A stretch of DNA of 64,000 bases from Mustelus asterias (Eukaryota). The translations under genes and the position numbers were made by a program. Location of the stretch: the NCBI RefSeq assembly GCF_964213995.1, contig NC_135808.1, positions 12,648,001 through 12,712,000 on the forward strand, given 5' to 3'. Below, in pieces: positions 1 to 12,898 of this stretch. The notes under the pieces were generated by a model, which was not told the origin of the DNA, ran no database searches, and was given only the letters and a program-made list of their open reading frames with translations. Position 1 is the stretch's first letter, and every line of letters begins with the position of its first letter.

Positions 1-845
1 AGTTGTATGACCCTTGCGTACCATCCCCTCTCCAACAACCAACATTGAGACAGTGAGGGGAGCACATTAATAGGAAAGTTGTGCAACATAGATCTGTCAT
101 TCAGTATTTAAAATCCATGGGCTAAAGAGTGGGAGTTCACAATTCACAGGTATTCAAGGTCACAATTTAAGGTAGCTCCTCGATTGTGGTCATGAATGCC
201 TTCCAGATGAAGGCATTTAAAACAATGCTCCTGGATTTAGTGGATGGTCCTTTCAGCGCCGAAAAAAAAGACAAAGGAAATTAAAATGTGTGCAAACAGC
301 TGAAAAAAAGTTGATTCTTTCCTCTTATACACAAATGTAGAAACACAAATTTGTGATGATTGATGAATATTTGACTTCTCTATCTAAATTAGACTTTCAA
401 CTGAAGTTTATTTTCCCCTCGCCTTTTCAGTAATAAAATAGCTTATAACCAAGGTCTTTTAGTGAACCGTGCTATCACCCCCATCTAGTGATTTGTCTTT
501 TTCATAGACTATATGGTAATACATGGTATCTAATACACTTTATCCCTATACATGCAGCATTTTCAGTATCTCTACTATATTATAATGCTAAGAAATTCTT
601 AGAATTGCTTTTCAAGAGATTATTGCATTTTGGTGAAGAAAAATGTAGTTCTAAATTTTCAACTTTCATGTGTTAAACGCTTGAATATTTAATCGAATAT
701 AATTTGCTTACAAGGAGGAAGAGTTGGTTTTATCTTATTTCCCTTTTAGATAGAGCTTAGGTGAAATAATCACCTTTTTCTGTCCAACATCAAACTGCTC
801 TCTGTACACACATTGACATGCATGTATTTTTGCTCAGTAGACAGA

Positions 846-1772
846 CATAGAACATAGAACATGAGAACATAGAACATTACAGCGCAGTACAGGCCCTTCG
901 ACCCTCGATGTTGCACCGACCTGTGAAACCAATCTAAAGCCCATCTAACCTACATAATTCCAATATCATCCATATGTTTATCCAATGACCATTTAAATGC
1001 CCTTAATGTTGACGAGTCCACTACTGCTGCAGGCAGGGCATTCCACGCCCTTACTACCGGCAGGGCATTCCACGCCCTTACTACTCTCTGAATAAAGAAC
1101 CTACCTCTGACATCTGTCCTATATCTATCACCCCTCAATTTAAAGCTATGTCCCCTCGTGCTAGCCATCACCATCCGAGGAAAAAGGCTCTCACTGTCCA
1201 CCCTATCTAATCCTCTGATCATCTTATATGCCTCTATTAAGTCACCTCTTAACCTTCTTCTCTCTAACGAAAACAGCCTCAAGTCCCTCAGCCTTTCCTC
1301 ATAAGACCTTCCCACCATACCAGGCAACATCCTGGTAAATCTGCTCTGCACCCTTTCCAATGCTTCCACATCCTTCCTGTAATGCAGCGACCAGAACTGT
1401 ACGCAATACTCCAATAAAAGCCAACACACTGTACGCCTTCTTAACAACCCTCTCAACCTGGATGCCAACTTTCAGGGATCCATGCACATGGACACCGAGA
1501 TCTCTCTGCTCATCCACACTACCAAGTATCTTACCATTAGCCCAGTACTCTGTATTCCTGTTACTCCTTCCAAAGTGAATCACCTCACACTTTTCCACAT
1601 TAAACTCCATTTGCCACCTCTCAGCCCGGCTCTGCAGCTTATCTATGTCCCTCTGTAACCTGCAACATCCTTCCGCACTGCCCACAACTCCACCGACTTT
1701 AGTGTCATCAGCAAATTTACTCACCCATCCTTCTACGCCTTCATCCAGGTCATTTATAAAAATGACAAACAG
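846..1772 (-). mobile_element. CR1-clade LINE, 3' part (RT C-terminus, 3' UTR, GTTCTAT-type tail); continues at 6279-7318 across a nested insertion
   Basis: ORFs 1299-1724 (SKFADDTK) and 950-1468 (LEYCVQFW, RRRLRGDLIE). Tail appears as acatagaacatagaac on + at ~846-877. Confidence 0.92.
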
Positions 1773-1773
1773 G

Positions 1774-2196
1774 ATTGTTCCACTGGAGCAAGCTGAGAGA
1801 GAGTGATTGGAGGCAGCAGTGCTGGTGAGAGATTAATTGAATTGTTTATTTATTTAATTAGTCAGCTAGTGTGTGTTTTGTTTTTGGCCTTTACTTTTGC
1901 AGTAGAATTTTAAGTTTAAAGTGAAAACTGGAAGTGGGCTGCTAAGGAGTCTGGGAAGGGTTTTTATTTTAACTTTAAAAGTCAGTTACCTGGGAGGTTC
2001 CCCCTCATTGTTCCACTGGAGCAAGCTGAGAGGGAGTGATTGGAGGCAGCAGTGCTGGTGAGAGATTAATTGAATTGTTTATTTATTTAATTAGTCAGCT
2101 AGTGTGTGTTTTTCTTTGGCCTTTACTTTTAGTAGAATTTTAAGTTTAAAGTGAAAACTGGAAGTGGGCTGCTAAGGAGTCTGGGAAGGGTTTTTT
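1774..2196 (+). repeat. Tandem ~233-bp monomers in the CR1 5' UTR
   Basis: attgttccactggagcaagctgagag...ggagtctgggaagggttttt starts at 1774 and again at 2007, nearly identical. Confidence 0.9.
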
Positions 2197-2389
2197 AAGC
2201 GCGTGAAGTATAAAAGGTAGGCTGCAGTATACAGCGGGCAGCGTCGGGAGCAGGCAGTGTAGTGAGTGGGAAGCAGAGTGTGAGCTATAAGGCTTTGGCT
2301 CACAGGGCTTAGGCAGAAAGGGCAAGCAGAGGTGAGTTTAAATTCATTTCTGCACTTTCTACCTGGTACTGGCAAGGTATCTAGAGGGG

Positions 2390-3316
2390 ATGGGTGTGCA
2401 GGCAGTGCTATGTTCCTCTTGCACTATGTTTGAGGTGAGGGACGACAACAGTGTCCCTGCTGATTACACCTGTGGGAAGTGCACCCATCTGCAGCTCCTC
2501 CAAAGCCGTGTTAGGGAACTGGAGCTGGAGTTGGATGAACTTAGGATCATTAGGGACGCAGAGGTGGCCATAGACAGAAGCTTTAGGAATACAGTTACTC
2601 CGAGGAATGAAAACAGATGGGTGACGGTGAGAGGGGCTGGGAGGAAGCAGTCCGTGCAGGGATCCCCGGTGGTTGTTCCCCTTAGCAACAAGTATTCCGC
2701 TTTGGATACGGTTGAGGGGGATGACATACCAGTGGTGAGCCGCAGTGAGAGGATCTCCAGCACTGTGTCCGTCTCTGTGGCTCGGGAGGGTAAGGGGCAG
2801 AGCAGGAGGGCAATAGTTATTGGGGACGCGTTAGTTAGAGGGATAGATAGGAGGTTCTGTGGCAGCAAAAGAGACTTGAGGATGGTATGTTGCCTCCCGG
2901 ATGCCAAGGTCCGTGACGTCTCAGACCATGTTTTCCGGATTCTGAAGGGGGAGGGGAAACAGTCACAAGTCGTGGTACACATTGGTACCAATGACATAGG
3001 TAAGCGAAGGGACGGGGATTTAAAGCAGGAATTTCTGGAGCTGGGCTGGAAGCTGAGAGCCAAGACAAAACATGTGGTCATCTCTGGTACGTTGCCGGTG
3101 CCACGTGATAGCGAGTTGAGGAACAGGGAGAGAGTGCAGTTAAACATGTGGTTGCAGGGATGGTGTAGGAGGGAGGGTTTCAGATACGTGGATAATTGGA
3201 ACACATTCTGGGGAAGGTGGGACCTGTACAAACAGGACGGGGTGCACCTGAACCAGAGGGGCACCAATATCCTGGGAAGGAAATTTGTTACGGCTCTTCA
3301 GGGGGGTTTAAACTAA
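2390..3316 (+). CDS. CR1 ORF1p: zinc finger, coiled coil and SGNH esterase-like domain
   Basis: CSSC...CGKC; LQSRVRELELELDEL; IGDALVRG, VHIGTND and DGVHLN motifs. Open frame of 308 aa. Confidence 0.9.
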   Translation: MGVQAVLCSSCTMFEVRDDNSVPADYTCGKCTHLQLLQSRVRELELELDELRIIRDAEVAIDRSFRNTVTPRNENRWVTVRGAGRKQSVQGSPVVVPLSNKYSALDTVEGDDIPVVSRSERISSTVSVSVAREGKGQSRRAIVIGDALVRGIDRRFCGSKRDLRMVCCLPDAKVRDVSDHVFRILKGEGKQSQVVVHIGTNDIGKRRDGDLKQEFLELGWKLRAKTKHVVISGTLPVPRDSELRNRERVQLNMWLQGWCRREGFRYVDNWNTFWGRWDLYKQDGVHLNQRGTNILGRKFVTALQGGLN

Positions 3317-6197
3317 TTTGTCAGGGGAGTGGGAAAAGGAGTTGTAGTCCAGAAGTCAGTGAGGGCGGTGAGGTATTGGGGAAGGTATCAAGGTCAAGGG
3401 TGGGTACCGGTAGACAGGAAGGTGGGTTGAAGTGTGTCTACTTCAATGCAAGGAGCATCCGGAACAAGGTAAATGAACTTGGGGCATGGATTGGTACTTG
3501 GGACTACGATGTTGTGGCCGTTACGGAGACGTGGGTAGAACAAGGACAGGAATGGTTGTTGGACGTTCCGGGGTATAGACGTTTCACTAAGTGTAGGGAA
3601 GCTGGTAAAAGAGGTGGAGGAGTGGCATTGTTAATCAAGGATAGTTTAACGGCTGCGACAGGGATCTGCACACTGAGGTAATATGGGCTGAGGTTAGAAA
3701 TAGGAAAGGAGCGGTCACGTTGTTAGGAGTTTACTATAGGCCCCCAAATAGTCATAGAGATGTGGAGGAAGAAATTGCTAAGCAGATTATGGATATGTGT
3801 GGGGGTCACAGGGTAGTTGTCATGGGGGACTTTAACTTTCCAAATATTGATTGGAGCCTTTGTAGGTCAAATAGTTCGGATGGGGCAGTTTTTGTGCAGT
3901 GTGTGCAGGAGGGTTTCCTGACACAATATGTGGATAGGCCGACAAGAGGTGAGGCCACATTGGATTTGGTACTGGGAAATGAACCGGGCCAAGTGTTAGA
4001 TTTGGTTGTGGGAGGGCACTTTGGAGATAGTGACCACAATTCGGTGTCTTTTGTTATTGCAATGGAGAGGGATAGGGCCGTACGGTAGGGCAAGGTTTAC
4101 AATTGGGGGAGAGGTAATTATGATGCGATTAGGAAAGAATTAGGGGGCATAAGTTGGGAACAGAAACTGTCAGAGAAAGGAACTAATGAAAAGTGGAACT
4201 TTTTCAAGGAACAAATACTGGATGTCCTTGATAGGTATGTCCCTGTCAGGCAGGGAGGAAATGGCCGAGTGAGGGAACCATGGTTCACGAAAGAGGTGGA
4301 ATGTCTTGTGAAAAGGAAGAGGGAAGCTTATGTAGGGATGAGGAAACAAGGTTCAGATGGCTCGATTGAGGGTTCCAAGTTAGCAAGGAATGAGCTGAAA
4401 AAGGGGCTTAGGAGAGCTAGGAGGGGACACGAGAAGTCCTTGGCGGGTCGGATCAAGGAAAACCCCAAGGCTTTTTACTCTTATGTGAGGAATAAAAGAA
4501 TGACCAGGGTGAGGTTAGGGCCGGTCAAGGACAGTAGTGGGAACTTGTGTATGGAGTCAGTAGGGATAGGCGAGGGGATGAATGAATACTTTTCTTCAGT
4601 GTTCACCAAGGAGAGGGGCCATGTTTTTGAGGAAGAGAAGGTGTTACAGGCTAATAGGCTGGAGGAAATAGATGTTCGGAGGGAGGATGTCCTGGCAGTT
4701 TTGAATAAACTGAAGGTCGATAAGTCCCCTGGGCCTGATGAAATGTATCCTAGGATTCTTTGGGAGGCAAGGGATGAGATTGCAGAGCCTTTGGCTTTGA
4801 TCTTTGGGTCCTCGCTGTCCACTGGGATGGTGCCAGAAGACTGGAGAATGGCGAATGTTGTTCCTCTGTTTAAGAAAGGGAATAGAAATGACCCTGGTAA
4901 TTATAGACCGGTTAGTCTTACTTCGGTGGTTGGTAAATTGATGGAAAAGGTCCTTAGAGATGGGATTTACGACCATTTAGAAAGATGCGGATTAATCCGG
5001 GATAGTCAGCACGGATTCGTGAAGGGCAAGTCATGCCTCACAAATCTGATTGAATTTTTTGAGGAGGTTACTAAGTGTGTTGATGAAGGTAGGGCAGTTG
5101 ATGTCATATACATGGATTTTAGTAAGGCATTTGATAAGGTCCCCCATGGTCGGCTTATGATGAAAGTGAGGGGGTGTGGGATAGAGGGAAAGTTGGCCGA
5201 TTGGATAGGTAACTGGCTGTCTAATCGAAGACAGAGGGTGGTGGTGGATGGAAAATTTTCGGATTGGAGGCTGGTTGCTAGCGGAGTGCCACAGGGATCG
5301 GTGCTTGGTCCTCTGCTCTTTGTGATTTTTATTAATGACTTAGAGGAGGGGGCTGAAGGGTGGATCAGTAAATTTGCTGATGACACCAAGATTGGTGGAG
5401 TAGTGGATGAGGTGGAGGGCTGTTGTAGGCTGCAAAGAGACATAGATAGGATGCAAAGCTGGGCTGAAAAATGGCAAATGGAGTTTAACCCTGATAAATG
5501 TGAGGTGATTCATTTTGGTAGGACTAATTTAAATGTGGATTACAGGATCAAAGGTAGGGTTCTGAAGACTGTGGAGGAACAGAGAGATCTTGGGGTTCAT
5601 ATCCACAGATCTCTAAAGGTTGCCACTCAAGTGGATAGAGCTGTGAAGAAGGCCTATAGTGTGTTAGCTTTTATTAACAGGGGGTTGGAGTTTAAGAGCC
5701 GTGGGGTTATGCTGCAACTGTACAGGACCTTGGTGAGACCACATTTGGAATATTGTGTGCAGTTCTGGTCACCTCACTATAAGAAGGATGTGGAAGCGCT
5801 GGAAAGAGTGCAGAGGAGATTTACCAGGATGCTGCCTGGTTTGGAGGGTAGGTCTTATGAGGAAAGGTTGAGGGAGCTCGGGCTGTTCTCTCTGGAGCGG
5901 AGGAGGCTGAGGGGAGACTTAATAGAGGTTTATAAAATGATGAAGGGGATAGATAGAGTGAACGTTCAAAGACTATTTCCTCGGGTGGATGGAGCTATTA
6001 CAAGGGGGCATAACTATAGGGTTCGTGGTGGGAGATACAGGAAGGATATCAGAGGTAGGTTCTTTATGCAGAGAGTGGTTGGGATGTGGAATGGACTGCC
6101 TGCAGTGATAGTGGAGTCAGACACTTTAGGAACATTTAATCGGTTATTGGATAGGCACATGGAGCACACCAGGATGATAGGGAGTGGGATAGCTTGA
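3310..6197 (+). pseudogene. CR1 ORF2 (APE endonuclease + RT), disrupted
   Basis: YFNARSI, VTETW, GDFN, SDHN motifs, then RT ([26 protein letters not shown]). Frameshift near 3660 and TAG at 4086-4088; 4269-6197 is open. Confidence 0.92.
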
Positions 6198-6278
6198 TCT
6201 TGGTTTCAGATAAAGCTCGGCACAACATCGTGGGCCGAAGGGCCTGTTCTGTGCTGTACTGTTCTATGTTCTATGTTC

Positions 6279-7318
6279 TAGCAGTGGCCCCAAAACAGAT
6301 CCTTGCGGTCCACCACTAGTAACTGAACTCCAGGATGAACATTTCCCATCAACGAGCACCCTCTGTCTTCTTACAGCTAGCCAATTTCTGATCCAAACCG
6401 CTAAATCACCCTCAATCCCATGCCTCCGCATCTTCTGCAATTGCTTACCATGGGGAACCTTATCAAACGCTTTACTGAAATCCATATACACCACATCAAC
6501 TGCTTTACCCTTATCCACCTCTTTGGTCACCTTCTCAAAGAACTCAATAAGGTTTGTGAGGCACAACCTACCCTTCACAAAACCGTGTTGCCTATCCCTA
6601 ATCAAATTATTCCTTTTTAGATGATTATAAATCCTATCCCTTATAATCCTTTCCAAAACTTTGCCCACAACAGAAGTAAGGCTCACTGATCTATAATTAC
6701 CAGGGTTGTCCCTACTCCCCTTCTTGAACAAGGGGACAACATTTGCTATCCTCCAGTCTTCTGACACTATTCCTGTAGACAACGATCACATCAAGATGAA
6801 AGCCAAAGACTCTGCAACCTCCTCCCTAGCCTCCCAGAGAATCCTAGGATAAATCCCATCCGGCCCAGGGGATTTATCTATTTTCACACTTTCCAGGATT
6901 GCTAACACCTCCTCCTTATGAACCTCAATCCCGTCTAGTCTAATAGCCTGTATCTCAGGATTCTCCTCGACAATATTGTCTTTTTCCTGTGTGAATACTG
7001 ACTAAAAATATTTCATTTAGCGTCTCTCCTATCTCTTCGGACTCCACGCACAACTTCCCACTACTGTCCTTGACTGGCCCTAATCTTACCCTGGTCATTC
7101 TTTTATTCCTGCCATACCTATAGAAAGCTTTAGGGTTTTCCTTGATCCTACCTGCCAAAGACTTCTCATGTCCCCTCCTGGCTCTTCTTAACTCTTTCTT
7201 TATGTCCTTCCTGGCTAACTTGTAACTCTCAAGCACCCTAACTGAGCCTTCACGTCTCATCTTTACATAAATCTCCTTCTTCCTCTTCACAAGAGATTCA
7301 ACTTCTTTAGTAAACCAC
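6279..7318 (-). mobile_element. CR1 LINE, 5' part of the host element split by the nested insertion
   Basis: ORFs 6264-6782 and 6955-7368 ([26 protein letters not shown]). Confidence 0.9.
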
Positions 7319-7447
7319 TTTCTCCCTGCCTGACAGCACTTCCCCCTGCTCACAGTAATTACTTTCAAACTGCAAAATATCTGTCCTGGCTATAACAGAA
7401 CTTGTCACTTGTATTTGATCACAATACTTACAGTACATTAAAGTTCA

Positions 7448-7500
7448 TCATGCTCGTTTCACACTATGCACAGCTCTAGGTGTCTTTTTTTCCCATTTAT
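7448..7500 (-). CDS. Cytoplasmic exon of distal cassette B: (Y)KWEKKTPRAVHSVKRA*
   Basis: Acceptor ttaacAG at 7501-7502 and donor GTAAGT at 7431. Paralogous to exon 28822-28901 including flanking intron; phase 1 matches TM exon B. Confidence 0.65.
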
Positions 7501-7722
7501 CTGTTAATGGGAACATAAAATAAATTACATTGATGAACCAAAATGAACCAAATTAAAGTTTTCATTCAATAGAAAGTTAAAATGTCAGTCTGCAATTAAC
7601 CCCCGCCCCCGACAACACATTTTCTCCATCAAAATGTTACCATTTTGTGTACCAAAGTTGAACAGCTCACATGCAACTCCTTCATCCATATTATTGACTC
7701 ATTCTCAAACACTGTATGAGAG

Positions 7723-8038
7723 TGTGGTGAACCATCGTTGGTTCCCACTGGATAGTGCTGAGCCAGGGGTTGGCCAGTACTACAAGGATGTACATACGTT
7801 ACTGTTGGGTTGTGCTATTGTTGCTGTTGGGGTTAGGGTGGGGTTGTTACACCTTTGTACTGTAGTGTTGTGGCACATCCCAGTCGGGCTCCGCCTCCTG
7901 GGAGAGGTATAAGAGTCCCTGCATTGGCCGGGACCCCTTCAGTCTGGGATAGTGTATATAAGTTCTGGTAGCTTCGTTACAGTAAATAAAAGCCTTTCAT
8001 TTACTGAGCTTCAAGCCTCGTGTTTGAATAGCGCATCA
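7723..8038 (+). mobile_element. Solo LTR
   Basis: TGTGG...CATCA ends, perfect 5-bp TSD GAGAG (7718-7722 and 8039-8043), TATAA-like motifs and AATAAA at ~7985. Confidence 0.8.
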
Positions 8039-9557
8039 GAGAGGATGTGAGTTTGAGGGTAATTGAGGACTCCGAGACTGTGAGTGAGCCATAGGTGCAT
8101 GCACACACGTGCGCAGGCATGGATTGTTAGCTCACCAGTCTCGGGTGAAAGTGCCCACCGAGGTGGGATCTTCTCTGCTGGGGGCCAGAGTTATGAGCTG
8201 GAGTCGAGCTGGGATAAGTGTGGAGGCAGCTCCATTGGGAGTGTTTGTCGGGTTCCAAGACAGGCTATTTAAAAGGATGGCCTGATGCCACGGGAACTTT
8301 GTCAGAGTGGACATAAAAATAAGAGGTCCTGTAGCCTTCAGCCCTCACACTCTCTCATCCTCCAAGCACTCCCATGCTCCATTAATGCCACCTCATGGTC
8401 CACAACATCCCGTCATGCTCCCATGCCCGGTTTTGCCCTTTCATTCATGATCTACCCTCATTCCCACTAGGCCAGGTTCTGCCAACCCATCTAATCTCTT
8501 TGTCTCCTCATGCCCCCTATGTCAATATCTAGCACCTCTATGCCCGTTGGTCCTAGGAAGCATACAGTGTGTCAGTGAACATCACAGTGTAAAATGACGT
8601 GTAAAAGAAAACTTGGAAAAAAATCAACTCCATTGTTAAATTTCTCCTTTTGAGAACACAAAGGTCCTTATCTATTTGTCTCATGCTGATTGCAAGCTCA
8701 TCAGAAAACATGTTTTGAGGGATGTGGCCATCATCCAGTTGGCTCACAAGACACAGCTGACGGAAGCACCACTAACTTAGGGCAAACATGCCAGGGATTC
8801 CTGCTCCTGATGTCGTTCCATATTCAGCACTTTTGTCCTGTCAGAAAATACGGACATACATAAGATACCTTTGTAGATTAGGTCAAAGACCGGGCATTTT
8901 TTAACAAGTGACACTCATCCTGACACCAGAACCCTTGTTACCTATAAGGAAATACTCCCCACTTGGCCAGATGGGTACAGCAATAGTTAAAATAGTGGCA
9001 GCTGAAACATTCACTCCCTCCACCATGTCCAACATTCATCTCACGCAGCGGAGGTGGAAGCTGTTCTGTCACTTTCCTTGGCTGGCATAAGTCACTACGG
9101 CGAGCACAAGCCTACACATGGAGCTTTGCATTTTCTCAACGTTGACATGGTGCTGATTTTGGCATCAAGAGAAAGGCCATATCTGGACAATTTTCAACAT
9201 AGCCAGGTAAATGCCACTGGAACAGCTTTACTCAGGGTGCAGCTAATTGTAGAGCACAAATTTTCACTACCACTACTAGAATCTTGTCAGGGCCCTTGCC
9301 TTCGACAGTATCCAGTGCTTTCACATGGAAAGAATCAGATAGGCTGCAGATTACCATTTGTGAAGCTGGGCACCTCAGGAGTAGGCCAAGGTAGCTTATC
9401 TGCTCAGCACTTTGACTGAAGATGATAACCTCTGTCCATTTTCATTCATCTAGCCAATTCCCTGATGCCCTATGCATGTTAGCCAAGCTGTGTAGTTGTT
9501 ATCCACCGTTACGTTGAAGTCCCCTAGAAGTCCTTCGGTGCTGGGAATCCTGATAAT

Positions 9558-10071
9558 CACAGTAAGAAGTCTCACAACACCAGGTTAAAGTCCAACAGGT
9601 TTAATTGGTAGCAAATACCATAAGCTTTCGGAGCGTGCTGCTCCTTCGTCAGATGGAGTGGTCTCTGTTCTCCAACAGTGCACAGACACAGAAATCAAGT
9701 TACAGAATACTAATTAGAATGCAAATCTCTACAGCCAGCCAGGTCTTAAAAGGTACAGATAATGTGGTTGGAGGGAACATTAAACACAGGTTAAAGAGAT
9801 GTGTATTGTCTCCAGACAGAACAGCTGGTGAGATTATGCAAGACCAGGGGCAAGCTGTGGGGGTTACTGATAATGTGACATAAATCCAACATCCCGGTTT
9901 AGGCCGTCCTCATGTGTGCGGAACTTGGCTATCAGTTTCTGCTCAGCGACTCTGCGCTGTCGTGTGTCGTGAAGGCCGCCTTGGAGAACGCTTACCTGAA
10001 GATCCAAGGCCGAATGCCCGTGACTGCTGAAGTGCTCCCCCACAGGAAGAGAACAGTCTTGCCTGGTGATT
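9558..10071 (-). mobile_element. Penelope-like element 3' fragment with hammerhead ribozyme
   Basis: GIY-YIG C-terminal peptide (PVGEHFS...EQKLIAKFRTHEDGLNRD); ctgataat repeated on both flanks. Confidence 0.85.
9618..9656 (-). ncRNA. Minimal type I hammerhead ribozyme
   Basis: ccat-CTGACGA-aggagcagcacgctcc-GAAA-gc-TT-atgg on the minus strand. Confidence 0.7.
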
Positions 10072-11175
10072 CTGATAATGGCAGCATCAAGTGTCTTACA
10101 GAATCGAGCTTTGACTTCTGGGTTGGATGTGAGCGTCAGGGCATCAGTACACATGATTACCATTGTCAAATCCTCCAACATCTTGATCACATTAATCACC
10201 ATTGATCACAAGTGGGTCAGCCATAAAAATACAGACATTCCTTGGTAGGTTAGGTCAGAGACTGGGCATTCATCAGCAAGTAATACACTCCCTGACTCAC
10301 CAATACCTCTCTGTCATCTACAAGGTGTGAAAAACTCCCCACTTGCCCAGATAGGTGCAGCGATAGTTCAAACATACAAGACAATCCAAAGCTCTCCACT
10401 TGATTGGCAGCTTAAACATCCACTCCCTCCACCAACAGTGTACAGCGACCCCAAAACGTACCATACACAAAATGCAATGCATTAACTCTCCAAATCTTCC
10501 AAACCCCCGACCACCGAGAAGAACTAGTGCAGCAGGCACATGGGAACAGTGCCACAATCTAATCCATCTCCAAGTCACAAATCATTTTAACTTGGTCATA
10601 TTTTTGTGTGGGGACCTGTCAGTCAGAAGACGGCTTTGTCAGTCACTGTTGAAATACAAAGAAAGTTGCCAGGGTAAAATAAAATAGTGCGATTTTCTGA
10701 CACCTCCCCTCTTCCCCTGGGGCATATTTTCTGGCTCTCCATTGGCCACTCTCAGGATCTTCCGGTCCCGCCGATATCTATTTGTGTGTCTCGCCCAACT
10801 CTGCCTCCTAATTCTTAACTTGTCCCTGTAGAATTGCCTGGCTGTCAAAAGGTGTTTTTTCACTCATTTAACACAATTCTCAGGACAGGTTCCAGAATGA
10901 AGAATTTTGACCAAAATTTCCCACTTTTGTGCTCCAGAAACAAACTGGGACAACAGCATCACAAGATTCCACACCCAAAACTTGTTATGTTTTTACTCTG
11001 GAAAAAAAACATAGTTTTGCCTGGAAGCACAGAATATCCCAATATGCACACCCAATGGTCCCAAATAGTGAACAAAAGGGGAAAAAAATCCCATTGGTGA
11101 GAATTTCTTCAAACAGCAGTTTGTATCCATTAAACAAGTGTTGAAACAACCCATAACACCGTGATCAATACTTAC

Positions 11176-11277
11176 ACATGATGCAAAGTACAACCAAGAG
11201 AACAAGTATCCCCAACATGGTAACAGTTACACTTGTTTGTGCATTGGCTGCAGGCTCTGATGACTCACAATCTTTAT
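11176..11277 (-). CDS. Stalk/transmembrane exon of distal cassette B: (D)KDCESSEPAANAQTSVTVTMLGILVLLVVLCIM
   Basis: ttgcAG acceptor and GTAAGT donor, 102 nt, phase 1-1, hydrophobic helix; paralog of 30001-30093. Confidence 0.8.
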
Positions 11278-11359
11278 CTGCAATCAATATAATCACATAA
11301 ATTCATAAACTTAAGTTTTAGACAGCGTATTGGTTGAAAGACTCAGTATAGTCTTTCTT

Positions 11360-11698
11360 TTATTTGTTCATGGGATGTAGGCATTGCTGGCTGAGCCCAT
11401 CCCATCCCTGAGGGCAGTTAAGAGTGGACCACATCACTGTGGGTCTGGAATCACCTATAGGCCAGATCAGGTAAGGACAACAGATTTCCTTCCGTAAAGA
11501 ACATTCATGAACCAGATAGGGTTTTAATGACAATCAATACAGGTTTATGGTCATCATGAGACTTTTAATTCCAGATTTTTAAAAGTGAATTCAAATTTCA
11601 CCATCTGCCGTGGTGGTGTTCGAATCTGGGTCCCCAGAACCTCACCCTAGGTCTCTGGATTACTAGTCCGGTGACAATACCACTACATCACTGCCTCC
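11360..11698 (-). mobile_element. tRNA-derived SINE (second family)
   Basis: Minus-strand head ggaggcagtgatgtagtggtattgtc...gattcgaac with A/B-box-like motifs; A-rich end. Confidence 0.6.
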
Positions 11699-12653
11699 TC
11701 TAAGACAACTACTTAATATTTATTTCTCTTTGGAGAAAATTTTATAGTCCTGTCATGGTGGGAAGGGGCAGTTCAAAGTCCACTGATTTCTGCAGGGACT
11801 GGAAAATCCTGCTGCTGGGAGGGGCTGTAAAATTCACCCTTTTGATTCTTACAACACATTATAGATTGGAAAAATAACAAGAACTCTCGTTAAAGGCATC
11901 TTGTTTATGTCAGAACCACTAAAGATCCTTAAATTCCCATCTTTTGCTGCTTGTGCCATCTCCAAGAAATTTGAGGCCTAAATCTTCCTGTCCCACCTGC
12001 CACAGGAATTGTCACAGGCAGGAAGGATAATTTGACAGACTGGCGAAAGGTCCATTGACCTCAAAATTTCCAGTCCCTGGGCGGGTGGGACCAAAAAAGG
12101 CCGCCCAAAGAGTCTGTGGTCTAAAATGAAATCTTAGCAGCAGAATGTATGTAATCCTCATAAAACCATCCCGACTTAAACCTAAACTGTCATTCCTTCA
12201 TTGTCGATGGGTCAAAATCTTGGAATTACCTTCCTAACAGCACTGTTGATATTCATGCAACATGTGGACTGCAGCAGTTCAAGAAGGCCCCACACCACCA
12301 CCTTTGTAAGGGATATTAAGGATGGGCCGTAAACGTTGGCCTAGCCAACGACGCCCACATCCCATTAATGGATATTAATTAAAAATGAAGCAACACCATG
12401 AGAGATCTATTTTAATGAATACATTTTGACTTTTGGTGACAGCGACGTAAGGCAGAATTTTCCAGGGAGAATTTTCCGGCCATTCACGCTGGCGGCATTT
12501 TCTGGTCCCACTGCAGCGAACAGAAATTTGGTCGAGCACTAAATTCTCATCCTCGCTTGCAGCGGCAGTGGGCATGAATGGCTGAAAACCTCTGGCCATA
12601 ATTTCTGAACTACAGCTGCCAATATAACCAAATTAATAGCTTACAAAGTACAA

Positions 12654-12898
12654 TTGCAGCAAAACACCCCTATCCCTCTACTCAAGTCCTCTCGCTATGA
12701 AGAGCAACATACCATTTCCCTTCTTTACTGCCTGCTGTATCTGCATGCTCACTTTCAGCGACTGATGCACGAGGACTCCAAGGTCTCGCTGAGTGTCCGC
12801 CTCTCTCAATTTACACCCATTCAAATAATGATCTGCCTTCCTATTATCGCTACCAAAGTGGATACCCTCACACTTATCCACATTATACTGTATCTGCC
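12654..12898 (-). mobile_element. CR1 RT fragment
   Basis: MDKCEGIHFG...QRDLGVLVHQSLKV. Confidence 0.75.

Larger units (their letters stand above)
1773..6278 (+). mobile_element. Near-full-length CR1-clade LINE nested inside another CR1
   Basis: 5' UTR, ORF1, ORF2 (EN+RT), 3' UTR and gttctatgttctatgttct tail. It splits the host element between ...GSVLGPLL (~6283) and FVIFINDL (~1770). Confidence 0.95.

Noticed and set aside
165-250. Coding third exon of cassette B (PSTKSRSIVLN..., homologous to EPKSRS)
   Set aside because: The preceding exon already has TGA TGA, and either upstream junction creates TGA. It is at most 3' UTR in this sequence.
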